Assembly (NCBI GenBank): GCA_964447765.1 | Contig: CAYUTO010000004.1 | Coordinates: 22,561-86,560 of the forward strand | Origin: an uncultured Gammaproteobacteria bacterium | GTDB lineage: Bacteria; Patescibacteriota; Patescibacteriia; Magasanikbacterales; UBA922 | Length of the DNA stretch: 64,000 nt | Direction of reading: 5' to 3' | In this document: positions 18,939-30,059 of the stretch, piece by piece | How the letters are laid out: every line of letters starts with the position of its first letter | Numbering within the stretch: the first letter of the stretch is position 1 | Program-made: the position numbers and the translations under genes | The notes under the pieces: generated by a model | Databases searched by the model: none | What the model was told of the DNA's origin: nothing | What the model saw: the letters and a program-made list of their open reading frames with translations, nothing else

Positions 18939-19625
18939 TTATTTCTTTTTGCGTTTAATTGACTCAGTTTTCTCGGCCAATTTATCAATCTCTACAAATG
19001 ATTCACCAAGATAAATCCAGACTTTAACTCCAATCGCTCCGTAAATAGTGCGTGCAGTATAATTGGTATAATCAACATTACTTCGGAGAGTTGCCAAAGG
19101 AATTTTTCCAGAAGACAATGTTTCTCGGCGTGCAATTTCAGCTCCATTAAGTCGTCCTGATACTGAAATTTTTACCCCTTGCGCTCCAGCTTTCATGACA
19201 CGTTCAATAGTCTGCTTCATGATTCTTCTAAATGGGATACGATTTTCAATATCTTTTGCAATCATTTCAGCAACAATTGGAGCTGAGAGTGATGGACTAC
19301 GAACTTCCTGCACATTGAGCTTGACCACAACTGCCATTTTCAAAAATTTGCGCTCAATATCTTTTTTCAAAACTTCGAGCCCTTGTCCACCTCGTCCAAT
19401 TACTACTCCAGGCTTACCTGCAAAAATAGTAATAGTGATATTTTTTGGGCCACGTTCAATAAATACAGAATCAATCTGTGCATCTTTGAACTTTCCTGCT
19501 AAGTACTCACGAATTCTAATGTCTTGTTCCAAATACTGAGGGTACTTCGAAATAGAGACCCAGCGGGAGACCCAAGGGAATAGAATTCCTGTTCGAAAGA
19601 TTTTGGGGTGGACTTTGTGACCCAT
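18939..19625 (-). CDS. rpsC: 30S ribosomal protein S3
   Basis: [14 protein letters not shown] start, KH domain, [10 protein letters not shown] motif. Confidence 0.9.
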   Translation of the reverse strand: MGHKVHPKIFRTGILFPWVSRWVSISKYPQYLEQDIRIREYLAGKFKDAQIDSVFIERGPKNITITIFAGKPGVVIGRGGQGLEVLKKDIERKFLKMAVVVKLNVQEVRSPSLSAPIVAEMIAKDIENRIPFRRIMKQTIERVMKAGAQGVKISVSGRLNGAEIARRETLSSGKIPLATLRSNVDYTNYTARTIYGAIGVKVWIYLGESFVEIDKLAEKTESIKRKKK

Positions 19626-19656
19626 ACGAATGAAATAAATCGTTATCTAGATATGA

Positions 19657-20154
19657 TTATGAAACTTTTGTGTCAGTCTTTTTTGCTCGAGGCTTTTTTG
19701 CAGCAGTTGTCTTTTTTGTCGTCTTTTTCGTGGTAGATTTTTTAGTATCTACTGGAGCATCTGTTGCAACCACCTCTTCTGAGGGAGTTACCACTTCAAC
19801 TGGAGCATTACCTGATCCTTCGCCCGTAAGCACGAGAGTAATGTGCGAACTTCTCTTGCGGAGAGGTGTCGCGCGTCCCTGTGCTCGAGGCATCCATCGT
19901 TTAAGCACTGTGCCTTCGTTTACAAAAATTGATGAAATAACTAATGTGGTCGTATCCATGCGATGGTTGTGAACCGCATTTGCAATTGCTGACTGCAATA
20001 GAGTATACAGTGGTTTCGCAGCAGCTTTCCTCGAAAACTGAAGCTGAGCTGACGCATCCTGCACATGCATTCCCCTGATCAAATCAACCACTAGTCGTAC
20101 TTTCTGAGGACTCATGCGTAAACTATTCAATTGTGCTTTTGATTCAAGCTTCAT
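19657..20154 (-). CDS. rplV: 50S ribosomal protein L22 with a Lys/Thr-rich C-terminal extension
   Basis: L22 core (SPQKVRLVVDLIRG...); tail KKSTTKKTTKKTTAAKKPRAKK. Confidence 0.85.
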   Translation of the reverse strand: MKLESKAQLNSLRMSPQKVRLVVDLIRGMHVQDASAQLQFSRKAAAKPLYTLLQSAIANAVHNHRMDTTTLVISSIFVNEGTVLKRWMPRAQGRATPLRKRSSHITLVLTGEGSGNAPVEVVTPSEEVVATDAPVDTKKSTTKKTTKKTTAAKKPRAKKTDTKVS

Positions 20155-20165
20155 ATATCGCTAAA

Positions 20166-20489
20166 TTATTTTGCTGGAGCCGCTGCTGCAGGTTTTGCTG
20201 GAGCCGCTGCTTTAGTTTCTTCTTTTGCCATCTTTCCCCCATGGCTCACAAATTTACGAGTCAAAGAAAATTCTCCCAGTTTGTGTCCTACCATATTTTC
20301 ATCAATCAATACTTCAGGAAAATCTTTACCATTATGAACCTGAAATTTCATACCTACCATTATAGGAGTGATCGTTGAGGCTCGCGCCCAAGTCTTAATT
20401 GGTTTTTTTTCTCCACTCTTAAGAGCCTTCTCTACTTTTTCCATGAGCTTGGCATCAGTATATGGTCCTTTTTTCAAACTTCGTGACAT
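20166..20489 (-). CDS. rpsS: 30S ribosomal protein S19 with a C-terminal Ala/Pro/Lys tail
   Basis: [12 protein letters not shown]...NGKDF; tail [13 protein letters not shown]. Confidence 0.9.
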   Translation of the reverse strand: MSRSLKKGPYTDAKLMEKVEKALKSGEKKPIKTWARASTITPIMVGMKFQVHNGKDFPEVLIDENMVGHKLGEFSLTRKFVSHGGKMAKEETKAAAPAKPAAAAPAK

Positions 20490-20535
20490 AGGGTATCTTT
20501 ATTCGTAAATTCGATTTATTCGGGTGAAACTTATA

Positions 20536-21381
20536 TTACTTTTTCTTCTTTGAACCCCTTCTCGATACAATAAACTTATCACTTGCTTTCTTCAATCGAG
20601 TCTTCACACCACGGGCTGCTTTTCCCCATGGAGTTCGAGGTCCTCGTCTCTGTCCAATTGGAGAATGTCCTTCTCCTCCACCGTGTGGATGGTCAACCGG
20701 GTTCATATTTTTACCAATAACGGTTGGTCGGATTCCACGAAAACGCATACGTCCAGCTTTTCCCCAGCGAATCAGCTTGTAATCTGCATTTCCCAATTGT
20801 CCTACAGACGCAATACATTCTTTTTTAACCAATCGAACTTCAGAAGATGGCATTTTCAGCTGTGCATATTTTCCTTCAATAACCATGAGTTGTACTCCAA
20901 TACCTGCTCCACGTCCGAGTTGTCCACCTTTTCCTGGTTCCAATTCTACGTTATAGACAAACATTCCGGCAGGGATATGTTCAAGAGGCATTCGATTTCC
21001 AATTTTTGGTTCAAGTTTTTCTTTTGAAGAAACAATAACATCTCCGACTTTGATTCCTTCGTATCCAAGAACATATGACTTCTTTCCACCTGCATATTCA
21101 ATGAGAGCAACGCGTGGTCCACGGTTTGGATCGTACTCAATTGCAATAACAGTCGCTGGTATATCAAACACCTGTTGTTTGAAATCAACCATTCGATAAT
21201 ATCTCTTTACTCCACCACCCTGATGTCGTACGGTAATTTTTCCCGTATTGTTTCGACCAGAATGTTTTTTCAATGGAATAATCAATGATTTTTCTGGATT
21301 ATGCTTAGTGATATCAGAAAAATCCTGAACACTTGAGTTCCGTCGCCCTGCACTGGTTGGTTTATGGATTTTGATTGGCAT
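20536..21381 (-). CDS. rplB: 50S ribosomal protein L2
   Basis: Conserved GRRNSSV...HPHGGGEGHSPIGQRRGP. Confidence 0.95.
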   Translation of the reverse strand: MPIKIHKPTSAGRRNSSVQDFSDITKHNPEKSLIIPLKKHSGRNNTGKITVRHQGGGVKRYYRMVDFKQQVFDIPATVIAIEYDPNRGPRVALIEYAGGKKSYVLGYEGIKVGDVIVSSKEKLEPKIGNRMPLEHIPAGMFVYNVELEPGKGGQLGRGAGIGVQLMVIEGKYAQLKMPSSEVRLVKKECIASVGQLGNADYKLIRWGKAGRMRFRGIRPTVIGKNMNPVDHPHGGGEGHSPIGQRRGPRTPWGKAARGVKTRLKKASDKFIVSRRGSKKKK

Positions 21382-21414
21382 ACGTAATGGATTCTTCTAA
21401 AAAATTGTTTAGGT

Positions 21415-21822
21415 TTATACCCCTTCGTGTATACGGATAGAGTCTCCTTCTTTGAGAATAACGACTGCTTTCTTATAACCTGCTCGTCTTCCGTTGAAAG
21501 TTCCGAATCGTACGCTCTTTCCTTCTACTCTACTCGTACGAATTTTATATGGAGCCACACCATAGACTTGTGTCACTGCGCGTCTAATGTCTGCTTTGGT
21601 AGCACGTGTACTTACGATAAAACTATATGAACGACGTGATTCAAGAAGTGCAGCTTTCTCACTCGTAATTGGTCGGATGAGAACTCGGAATGCTGCCCCA
21701 GTCTGCTTTCCACCTGCTGCGCTTACAGCCTTTGATTCAGCTTTTTTAGCACGTGCTTTTGGAGCACTTTTCACTTCAGAAGCCTCTGCAGGTTTTTTTG
21801 AAAATTTGTTAAGCAAACTCAT
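21415..21822 (-). CDS. rplW: 50S ribosomal protein L23 with a roughly 40-aa basic N-terminal extension
   Basis: C-terminal L23 core (RVLIRPITSEKA...YSFIV...); position between rplD and rplB. Confidence 0.8.
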   Translation of the reverse strand: MSLLNKFSKKPAEASEVKSAPKARAKKAESKAVSAAGGKQTGAAFRVLIRPITSEKAALLESRRSYSFIVSTRATKADIRRAVTQVYGVAPYKIRTSRVEGKSVRFGTFNGRRAGYKKAVVILKEGDSIRIHEGV

Positions 21823-21826
21823 ATAA

Positions 21827-22456
21827 TTATTTTACAAATCGTTTTTCAAGTACTGATACAGCATCCTTTGATGCAATGACATACTGATGATGCATTAAAT
21901 CAATCACACTCACGTCCTGTGCGCGAACAACATCAAGATTATGAACGTTGCGTGTAGCATTAGTCAATTCAGGAGTAAACTCTGACACCAAAAGCATCGT
22001 AGTTCTTCCACTTCCTGGAAGTACACTTCGGAATTGTGAAGCAGTCTGAGATTTACCTTTGAAGTCGTATGCTTCAACCACGATCAATCGATCATTCTGA
22101 ACTTTATCTGAAAGACATGATTTTACTGCACCTGCTTTCATTTTTTTATTGATTTTTTGTGTATAACTTCGTTCACTCAAAGGTCCAAAAGTGATACCTC
22201 CACCTCTCCACAAAGGAGATCGGATAGAACCGTGTCTCGCACGTCCAGTACCTTTTTGCTTCCATGGTTTTTTTCCACCACCACGAACATCTCCTCGCAT
22301 CTTGGTATGTGCAAAAGGCTGACGAGCATTAGCGCGCATTGCGACATATACCTGATGAATCAGAGATGAGTTTGAAGCTACTCCAAACACAGCTTCATTC
22401 ACCTGAAGTTCAGATTGTTTTTCTCCTGATTGGTTGTATACAGCTACCTTAGTCAT
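21827..22456 (-). CDS. rplD: 50S ribosomal protein L4
   Basis: GGGKKPWKQKGTGRARHGSIRSPLWRGGG motif. Confidence 0.85.
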   Translation of the reverse strand: MTKVAVYNQSGEKQSELQVNEAVFGVASNSSLIHQVYVAMRANARQPFAHTKMRGDVRGGGKKPWKQKGTGRARHGSIRSPLWRGGGITFGPLSERSYTQKINKKMKAGAVKSCLSDKVQNDRLIVVEAYDFKGKSQTASQFRSVLPGSGRTTMLLVSEFTPELTNATRNVHNLDVVRAQDVSVIDLMHHQYVIASKDAVSVLEKRFVK

Positions 22457-22480
22457 ACAATTATAAATGGCTCTAAAAAA

Positions 22481-23191
22481 TTATGCCGTAACTGTCTCTC
22501 CGGCTGACGTATCAGCTACTGGTTCGAGAACTGGTGCTTCCACTACTGACTCTTTGATTTCTTCAATAGTAATACTTCCGTCATTCGTAGAAATATAGAG
22601 GAGTCCATTTCGTGCTCCAGGAACCGCTCCTTTAATGAAGAGTTCATGTGCCTCAGGATGTACTTCAACCACTTCCAAATTTTTGACAGTTACCTGATCA
22701 GCTCCCATATGTCCTCCCATGCGCATGTTCTTGAAGACTCTCTGTACACCACCAGCTCCAATACTTCCAGGCATACGAAGGTTGTCTTTGTGTCCATGAC
22801 TTGCAGGACCTCCGGCAAATCCATGGCGTTTTACTACACCTTGGAAACCTTTTCCTTTTGACATACCAGTAACCTGCACTTTCTCGCCTGCAGCAAAAAT
22901 ACTTGCATTGAATTGATCACCTTTCTTAAGATTCTCTGATTCAGCTCTAAAATCCTTGAGGAATCGAACAGTTGCCTGTGGATCATTGTGTGCAGAAATT
23001 CCTTTGAGGTGACCTTTTTCAGATTTGCTCAAGCGGAATAATTTTTGACTTCCAAAGCCAATCTGAACTGCGCCTGGTTTTACCTGGGTTACTACACATG
23101 GACCTGCCTGAACACGAGTAACAGGAACTACCGTTCCATCAGCTCGAAACACCTGTGTCATTCCAATTTTTTTACCAATGATGAATTTCAT
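22481..23191 (-). CDS. rplC: 50S ribosomal protein L3
   Basis: MKFIIGKKIGMTQVF...; conserved L3 segments. Confidence 0.9.
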   Translation of the reverse strand: MKFIIGKKIGMTQVFRADGTVVPVTRVQAGPCVVTQVKPGAVQIGFGSQKLFRLSKSEKGHLKGISAHNDPQATVRFLKDFRAESENLKKGDQFNASIFAAGEKVQVTGMSKGKGFQGVVKRHGFAGGPASHGHKDNLRMPGSIGAGGVQRVFKNMRMGGHMGADQVTVKNLEVVEVHPEAHELFIKGAVPGARNGLLYISTNDGSITIEEIKESVVEAPVLEPVADTSAGETVTA

Positions 23192-23239
23192 ACCAGTTGT
23201 TGATTTTGTGAAAACTTCCTAGTTATTTCTATTAAAAAA

Positions 23240-23296
23240 CTAGAAGTAGCGGCGCCACCTAATACACATGTGTATAAGTGACAATGCTGCTTCTAG
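23240..23296 (-). promoter_or_regulatory. Attenuator-like hairpin plus U-tract in the rplC leader
   Basis: 57-nt imperfect inverted repeat ctagaagtagcg...tgctgcttctag, followed on the minus strand by UUUUUUAAU about 45 nt upstream of the rplC ATG. Confidence 0.45.
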
Positions 23297-23445
23297 CCTC
23301 TAAAAACCATAGTACCTATGGAGTTATCTAAGGCGTTGTAGTGAATATGTAATGAATACTAACCTCATGTATACATCTTGTCTCGGTCCAGATGTTTTCC
23401 TTTTATATGGATCTTATCTGTGCAAAACCAATGTATGTGGGCTCT

Positions 23446-23474
23446 AGTGTAACCTATCTTTATACATCTGTCAA
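23446..23474 (-). promoter_or_regulatory. Sigma70-like promoter inside the rpsJ-rplC spacer
   Basis: On the minus strand: TTGACA, 17 nt spacer, TACACT. The TTGACAGATGT motif is shared with the 16S promoter. Confidence 0.5.
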
Positions 23475-23565
23475 GGGCTACTTCGAGCCGTAAAATACGT
23501 AATTTTTTTGTGAATGTTGACCTCTCGTTTACAGTCCCTAGAAAAGGGTAATTACACCCTTATAG

Positions 23566-23910
23566 TTACATCATTTTGATCTCCACATCAACTCCACTTG
23601 GCAAATTAAGGTTCATGAGAGCATCAATTGCCTTAGGACTTGGAGAATGGATATCAAGCAAACGTTTGTGCGTGCGCATTTCAAACTGTTCTTGTGCAGT
23701 CTTGTGCACAAATGTTGCACGGTTCACACTATACTTCTGAATGTGCGTTGGAAGTGGAACTGGACCTACTACTTTAGCGCCATTGCGCTCTGCAGTATCA
23801 ATAATAGTCTTTGTAGCACCATCAATGATCTTATGATCATACGCTTTAATTTTTACTCGAACGCGTGGACCGACTTCTTCTGTTTTTTTTACGGGTGTTG
23901 GAGTGACCAT
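23566..23910 (-). CDS. rpsJ: 30S ribosomal protein S10
   Basis: [40 protein letters not shown], canonical S10. Confidence 0.9.
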   Translation of the reverse strand: MVTPTPVKKTEEVGPRVRVKIKAYDHKIIDGATKTIIDTAERNGAKVVGPVPLPTHIQKYSVNRATFVHKTAQEQFEMRTHKRLLDIHSPSPKAIDALMNLNLPSGVDVEIKMM

Positions 23911-23921
23911 ATAAATGAGCT

Positions 23922-23961
23922 AATAAAAAGGGCAACCCAGCCCTCCGATCGGAGGGCTGGG
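23922..23961 (-). terminator. Intrinsic terminator after tuf
   Basis: Hairpin cccagccctccgatcggagggctggg followed on the minus strand by uugcccuuuuua. Confidence 0.7.
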
Positions 23962-23971
23962 TATATTAAAG

Positions 23972-25162
23972 TTAGACAAGAATCTTAGTTACAACTCCTG
24001 CTCCTACAGTTCGTCCACCTTCGCGGATAGCAAATCGCATTTGCTCTTCGATAGCTACAGGAACAATAAGTTTGATTTTAACATTAACCGTATCTCCAGG
24101 CATTACCATTTCAGTTCCCTCAGGAAGGGTTACTTCTCCAGTAACGTCAGTAGTTCGGATATAGAACTGAGGTTTGTATCCATTGAAGAAAGGTTTGTGT
24201 CGTCCACCTTCTTCTTTGGTAAGTGCATATACTTCAGCTTCTACTTCAGTATGAGGTTTGATAGTACCAATCTTTGCAAGTACCATTCCGCGCTCTACTT
24301 CTTCTTTCTTGGTACCACGAAGAAGGATACCAGCGTTGTCTCCAGCCTGCCCTTGTCCCAATGATTTGTTGAACATTTCAACTCCAGTTACGGTAGTCTT
24401 CATAGGTTCAGCGCGCATACCAACAATTTCGATTTCGTCACCGATTTTGATGATACCACGTTCAATACGACCAGTAACTACAGTTCCACGTCCTTCAATT
24501 GAGAACACATCTTCTACGGGCATGAAGAAATTCTTATCAAGATCACGAATTGGATCTGGAATATAATCATCAAGAGTCTTCAAGAGATCAAGAATTGGCT
24601 TAGCTGCTTCAGGATCATTTGGGTTCTCAAGCGCTTTGAGTGATGAACCACGAACAATTGGAGTAGTGTCTCCAGGGAAATTGTATTTCTTCAAAAGATC
24701 ACGAACTTCCTCTTCAACGAGGTCGATAAGTTCAGGATCACTTACCTGATCAACTTTGTTGAGATATACCACGATATAAGGTACACCTACTTGTCTTGCA
24801 AGCAAGATGTGCTCACGTGTCTGAGGCATCGGACCGTCTGCTGCTGAAACTACGAGAATAGCTCCATCCATCTGAGCCGCACCAGTGATCATGTTTTTAA
24901 CATAATCAGCGTGACCTGGACAATCTACGTGTGCATAGTGTCGTTTTTCAGTTTCGTATTCTACGTGTGCAGTAGCAATCGTGATCCCACGAGCTTTTTC
25001 TTCAGGAGCTGCATCGATTTCATCAACACCTTTTGATTGAGCTGTCAAACCATGAGCTGCGGCAACCTTAAGGATTGCAGCGGTCGTAGTAGTCTTACCG
25101 TGGTCAACGTGACCAATGGTTCCCACATTCACATGCGGTTTGTTTCTTAGAAATTCTGCCAT
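23972..25162 (-). CDS. tuf: Elongation factor Tu
   Basis: [17 protein letters not shown] and NKVD G-motifs; 396 aa. Confidence 0.95.
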   Translation of the reverse strand: MAEFLRNKPHVNVGTIGHVDHGKTTTTAAILKVAAAHGLTAQSKGVDEIDAAPEEKARGITIATAHVEYETEKRHYAHVDCPGHADYVKNMITGAAQMDGAILVVSAADGPMPQTREHILLARQVGVPYIVVYLNKVDQVSDPELIDLVEEEVRDLLKKYNFPGDTTPIVRGSSLKALENPNDPEAAKPILDLLKTLDDYIPDPIRDLDKNFFMPVEDVFSIEGRGTVVTGRIERGIIKIGDEIEIVGMRAEPMKTTVTGVEMFNKSLGQGQAGDNAGILLRGTKKEEVERGMVLAKIGTIKPHTEVEAEVYALTKEEGGRHKPFFNGYKPQFYIRTTDVTGEVTLPEGTEMVMPGDTVNVKIKLIVPVAIEEQMRFAIREGGRTVGAGVVTKILV

Positions 25163-25269
25163 ATATTACTATGGTGTTCCCCGCACTACTTCTGAGTGGT
25201 CAGAGTAGATTTGTATCCAGCGGTTATTATGATAAATATATAAAAAAGTTGCTTCGATTTGCGAGGGTG

Positions 25270-25298
25270 ATTATACGTCAAGTCGTAAAATTCGTCAA
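25270..25298 (-). promoter_or_regulatory. Sigma70-like promoter for tuf
   Basis: On the minus strand: TTGACG, 17 nt spacer, TATAAT, about 100 nt upstream of the tuf ATG. Confidence 0.55.
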
Positions 25299-25347
25299 GA
25301 GGGCGTACCTGGGGATTACCTGGGGAAAAATAGACCAACTACTAAAC

Positions 25348-25977
25348 TTACGAAGCAGGCTCTTCAAAGAACACCACCTCATCATCCTCCCCATCAAGAC
25401 CTGGTTCATTTTCAAGCAATGGCTGAGCACTAATTTCTTCAGGAGATACAGACGAAAAATTAGAAGTAAAAGATGGTTTCGTAAAGCCAACAGTGGGCGC
25501 AAGTGGCTGTTCCGGCACCGGAACATACGTATGTATCGGCTCACTAGCATCGTCTTCTTCTGGTAAATCTGTAGGAGTATCTTGTTTTACCAGAGCACTT
25601 CTCCTGTCAGTAATGAGATCACTCACTCGATGCCAATCAGTGTGATGAGCATAATCCTCTTCAAATGGATCAGACAATGGTTCATCTACAAGCTGATCTT
25701 CGATAAGCGCGGCCTGCTTGTCTTGGGAATTTAACTCTTGATAGGATCTCCAGATCGCAATATCACGATTAATCTTATCAATCAATTCTCGCTCTGACAT
25801 CTCCTCAAGTAAATATTCATCAAAGTCACTATGAGAAACCTTATCAGAAGCCCTAAATTCTTCGTACTGATCAAAGGGTAATACAACCAAATCATGAGCT
25901 TCGGTTGGGTCATGTATAATAACGGTATCCCCTGTTTTTTTGGAAAGCGAAAGTATCCGGTTGAGTCTATCAATCAT
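25348..25977 (-). CDS. Hypothetical acidic protein (209 aa)
   Basis: Uninterrupted ORF with a plausible upstream promoter (TTGACA, 18 nt, TATAAT at 26026..26055); no recognisable domain. Confidence 0.5.
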   Translation of the reverse strand: MIDRLNRILSLSKKTGDTVIIHDPTEAHDLVVLPFDQYEEFRASDKVSHSDFDEYLLEEMSERELIDKINRDIAIWRSYQELNSQDKQAALIEDQLVDEPLSDPFEEDYAHHTDWHRVSDLITDRRSALVKQDTPTDLPEEDDASEPIHTYVPVPEQPLAPTVGFTKPSFTSNFSSVSPEEISAQPLLENEPGLDGEDDEVVFFEEPAS

Positions 25978-26025
25978 AGGATATATTAATAATAAATGGG
26001 GAGGGATATATGGTGATTATACCTA

Positions 26026-26055
26026 TAGAAAAGTCAGAGTGTCAAACAGGGTATT
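26026..26055 (-). promoter_or_regulatory. Sigma70-like promoter upstream of the hypothetical gene at 25348..25977
   Basis: On the minus strand: TTGACA, 18 nt spacer, TATAAT. Confidence 0.45.
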
Positions 26056-26160
26056 TTTCAAAAAATTAACAATGAGCAGCTAACAATTAACAAATGTAAA
26101 TTTTTACTAATTATTTATTGTTAATTGCTATTTGGTAGTGGTATTTATCCACCAAAATTA

Positions 26161-26195
26161 TTGACGGGTGTACAAATAAATTATACAATGATCGT
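26161..26195 (+). promoter_or_regulatory. Sigma70-like promoter for the small G+C-rich ORF
   Basis: TTGACG, 17 nt spacer, TACAAT on the plus strand, preceded by the palindrome caattaacaa...ttgttaattg. Confidence 0.45.
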
Positions 26196-26364
26196 CTGTT
26201 CTTTTTTTGGTAAGAGATGTACTGCATGGAAAACTAGTCCGATGAGGAGCAAGTGCTGGTGAATTATTCACCACCCTTTCTCCTGACCGGACTTCTCTGT
26301 CCACCAGGTAGATCGCGAGTGCGATCTAGCGTCTTTTACCGTCACAACAAGGAGTATATCAGCC

Positions 26365-26613
26365 ATGCTGAACACCACCGAACAACGAATCCGTGCCCAC
26401 ATCACCGTTCGCGAGGAGAATATCCGTAAGACGCAGCCGAAGATAAGAGCTGTACCCATGGAGCCCGCAGACGAGATGTCTCCGACCAACAAGCAGGAAG
26501 AGGTGTCCGCATCGACGAAGCCCAACTCCCCGAAAAGGAACAAGTACATACTCATGTACATTCTACTCACCGTGGGAGCTGGTGTCGCAGTAGGTCTTCT
26601 GTTCATGCGCTGA
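26365..26613 (+). CDS. Small tail-anchored membrane protein (82 aa) in a G+C-rich islet
   Basis: Strong SD AAGGAG 8 nt upstream of the ATG. Hydrophilic N-terminus and a single C-terminal TM helix (YILMYILLTVGAGVAVGLLF). Strong hairpin terminator downstream. Confidence 0.5.
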   Translation: MLNTTEQRIRAHITVREENIRKTQPKIRAVPMEPADEMSPTNKQEEVSASTKPNSPKRNKYILMYILLTVGAGVAVGLLFMR

Positions 26614-26616
26614 GCT

Positions 26617-26708
26617 TCGTCCGATCTTAGGCCCCCTTTCCTTCGGGAAGGGGGCCTCTCGGACGAAAAAAACAAACACAAAAAGAAAACGCGTAACTGC
26701 GTTTTTTT
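26617..26708 (+). terminator. Two successive hairpins after the small ORF
   Basis: GC-rich 49-nt hairpin cgtccga...ggccccctttccttcgggaagggggcc...tcggacg, then acgcgtaactgcgt followed by ttttttt. Confidence 0.6.
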
Positions 26709-26804
26709 GTTTATCAAATTAACGAACAATAAGTGTATACAAAATAATGTTAATTATCTGAATTTTAAATTATAAAATTTCTAAATTTCGAACAATGGGG
26801 GTTC

Positions 26805-26885
26805 GGGGGTCAAAACTGTTCGAGCTCCGAGTGAAGAATAGATAGTGATACTTAGTGAGGCGAGTTTTTTGACCCCCGAAACTTT
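26805..26885. repeat. Stem-loop with a perfect 14-bp inverted repeat
   Basis: ttcgggggtcaaaa...(about 50 nt)...ttttgacccccgaa. Confidence 0.5.
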
Positions 26886-26924
26886 TTGTAAAACTTTTTA
26901 GTTATAAAAAGTTTTAGATAATGT

Positions 26925-26964
26925 ATTTAAAAAAATAAAACAAAAACCGCCCGATTAAGGGCGG
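26925..26964 (-). terminator. Intrinsic terminator downstream of the 16S rRNA
   Basis: ccgcccgattaagggcgg hairpin with a long U-rich tail on the minus strand. Confidence 0.65.
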
Positions 26965-27107
26965 CTTGTTATTGAAGATGATTCACTTAATACATGTGGC
27001 AAAAACACGATTGAACGTTTTCTTATACTTAGAACTGGCCAGATCATACTCTTGCGAGTGTAATACTGACTTTGGATATATTCTAACTTTCATTAGAATT
27101 GACTCCA

Positions 27108-28613
<1,506 letters not shown>

Positions 28614-29041
28614 TGAGTGATTTTCTCCGAAGAGAAAATTAGTGTTTGATTGTAATCAACATATTTACTCAAAAATATGTGTGATTCTCATATACTAGAT
28701 TAAGCATATGAGTTAGCTCTAAGAAAATAGACGATCAATCGGTTTTTGCCACGTGTATTACGTGAACTTATTGCGCATCCTCCGTAGAGCCTGGCGCAAC
28801 ACCGTATTAATCATTTTTGCTGTATTGTTGTTTCACATCTTCAAATTGTAAAGATCGTATCCTTTTTTTTCTTCGCTAAAAGAAAAAAGAGAAACTCTGT
28901 TGCTTTTCCAATAATGTGAATTAGGGGAAAAGCAAATATAGTCGCTCTTTTCTTAGTATCTCGGTCCAGTGACATGCTCGCCTAAGTTAAGGCTAGTAGA
29001 CTTGAGAAAAGGATAAGTTATAAATATCAGATAGCTCGCAT

Positions 29042-29070
29042 ATAGTATAAAACTCTAAGACATCTGTCAA
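29042..29070 (-). promoter_or_regulatory. Sigma70-like promoter for the 16S rRNA
   Basis: On the minus strand: TTGACA, 17 nt spacer, TACTAT, about 420 nt upstream of the 16S 5' end. Confidence 0.55.
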
Positions 29071-29118
29071 GTACCATGACAAGTCCCAATTGTTCACATA
29101 TTGGGGATAAGTCTGGAA

Positions 29119-29220
29119 TAGTCAAAAAGTCGAAAGCTAAAAGTCGAAAGTCGAGAGAGAAAAAACCTACATTACAACAAGACTTTATGGACTTTTGACT
29201 TTAAGACTTTATAGACTTTC
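29119..29220. repeat. Palindromic element with AAAGTC/GACTTT hexamer-array arms (family C), copy 1
   Basis: agtcaaaaagtcgaaagctaaaagtcgaaagtcgagag, spacer, then gactttatggacttttgactttaagactttatagacttt. Homologous to 38962..39056. Confidence 0.6.
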
Positions 29221-29947
29221 CTTTCCTCCATTCAGCGATTTTTTTATGATCCCCACTGAGAAGCACCTCGGGCACCTTCCACCCCTTAAAATCAACTGGT
29301 TTCGTATACTGTGGATACTCAACCTCAATTTCTCCCTCTCCTATACCACCTTTTTCCTTTTGCGTTTTGACATTATTAAACGTTTCATCAGTAAGAGATT
29401 CCGCATTACCTAAAACTCCTGGCACCAGTCGCGACACCGCCTCAACAATTGCTAAAGCTCCCAATTCACCACCCGCCAAAACATATGGACCAATAGAGAT
29501 TTCCTCATCAATCATATGATCTACTACGCGCTGGTCCACGCCTTCATACCGACCACAAATCAAAATAAGTTCATCAAGCTTTGCCCATGATGTGGCAGTT
29601 GATTGATCGAACTGTCTTCCACGTGGAGAAAGCAATACCGTACGTTTTTTCTGCCCAACAGTTCCCGTGGCCAGACGTTTTAATTTGGTAAGTCCAGGAG
29701 CTTTTTTGAAAGGCAATCCGTCAATTGACATAAGCGCCTCATAAATCGGATCAGGTTTCATAAGCATTCCCGCTCCCCCACCACAGAGAGTATCATCCAC
29801 CGTCTTATGTTTGTCATGCGTAAAATCACGAATATACAAAGCCCGAACGTCAATCAATTTCTTTTTTTGCGCACGACCAAGAATCGTCTCATTAGCATAT
29901 GACGTAATAATTTTTGGAAAAAGCGTGAGGACTGAAAATCGAATCAT
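29201..29947 (-). CDS. trmD: tRNA (guanine37-N1)-methyltransferase TrmD
   Basis: SPOUT/TrmD motifs: FSVLTLFP..., LLSPRGRQFDQ, ILICGRYEGVDQRV and GPYVLAGGELGAL. Confidence 0.85.
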   Translation of the reverse strand: MIRFSVLTLFPKIITSYANETILGRAQKKKLIDVRALYIRDFTHDKHKTVDDTLCGGGAGMLMKPDPIYEALMSIDGLPFKKAPGLTKLKRLATGTVGQKKRTVLLSPRGRQFDQSTATSWAKLDELILICGRYEGVDQRVVDHMIDEEISIGPYVLAGGELGALAIVEAVSRLVPGVLGNAESLTDETFNNVKTQKEKGGIGEGEIEVEYPQYTKPVDFKGWKVPEVLLSGDHKKIAEWRKGKSIKS

Positions 29948-30059
29948 AATGTTTTATAGTATACCAGGAACCAGCCTATTAAAAAATCCTCGCAACGAGG
30001 AATTCAGTCGTCCGCACCCATCAACCACACGAAGTGGAGATGGACGCGGACGTCGATAG

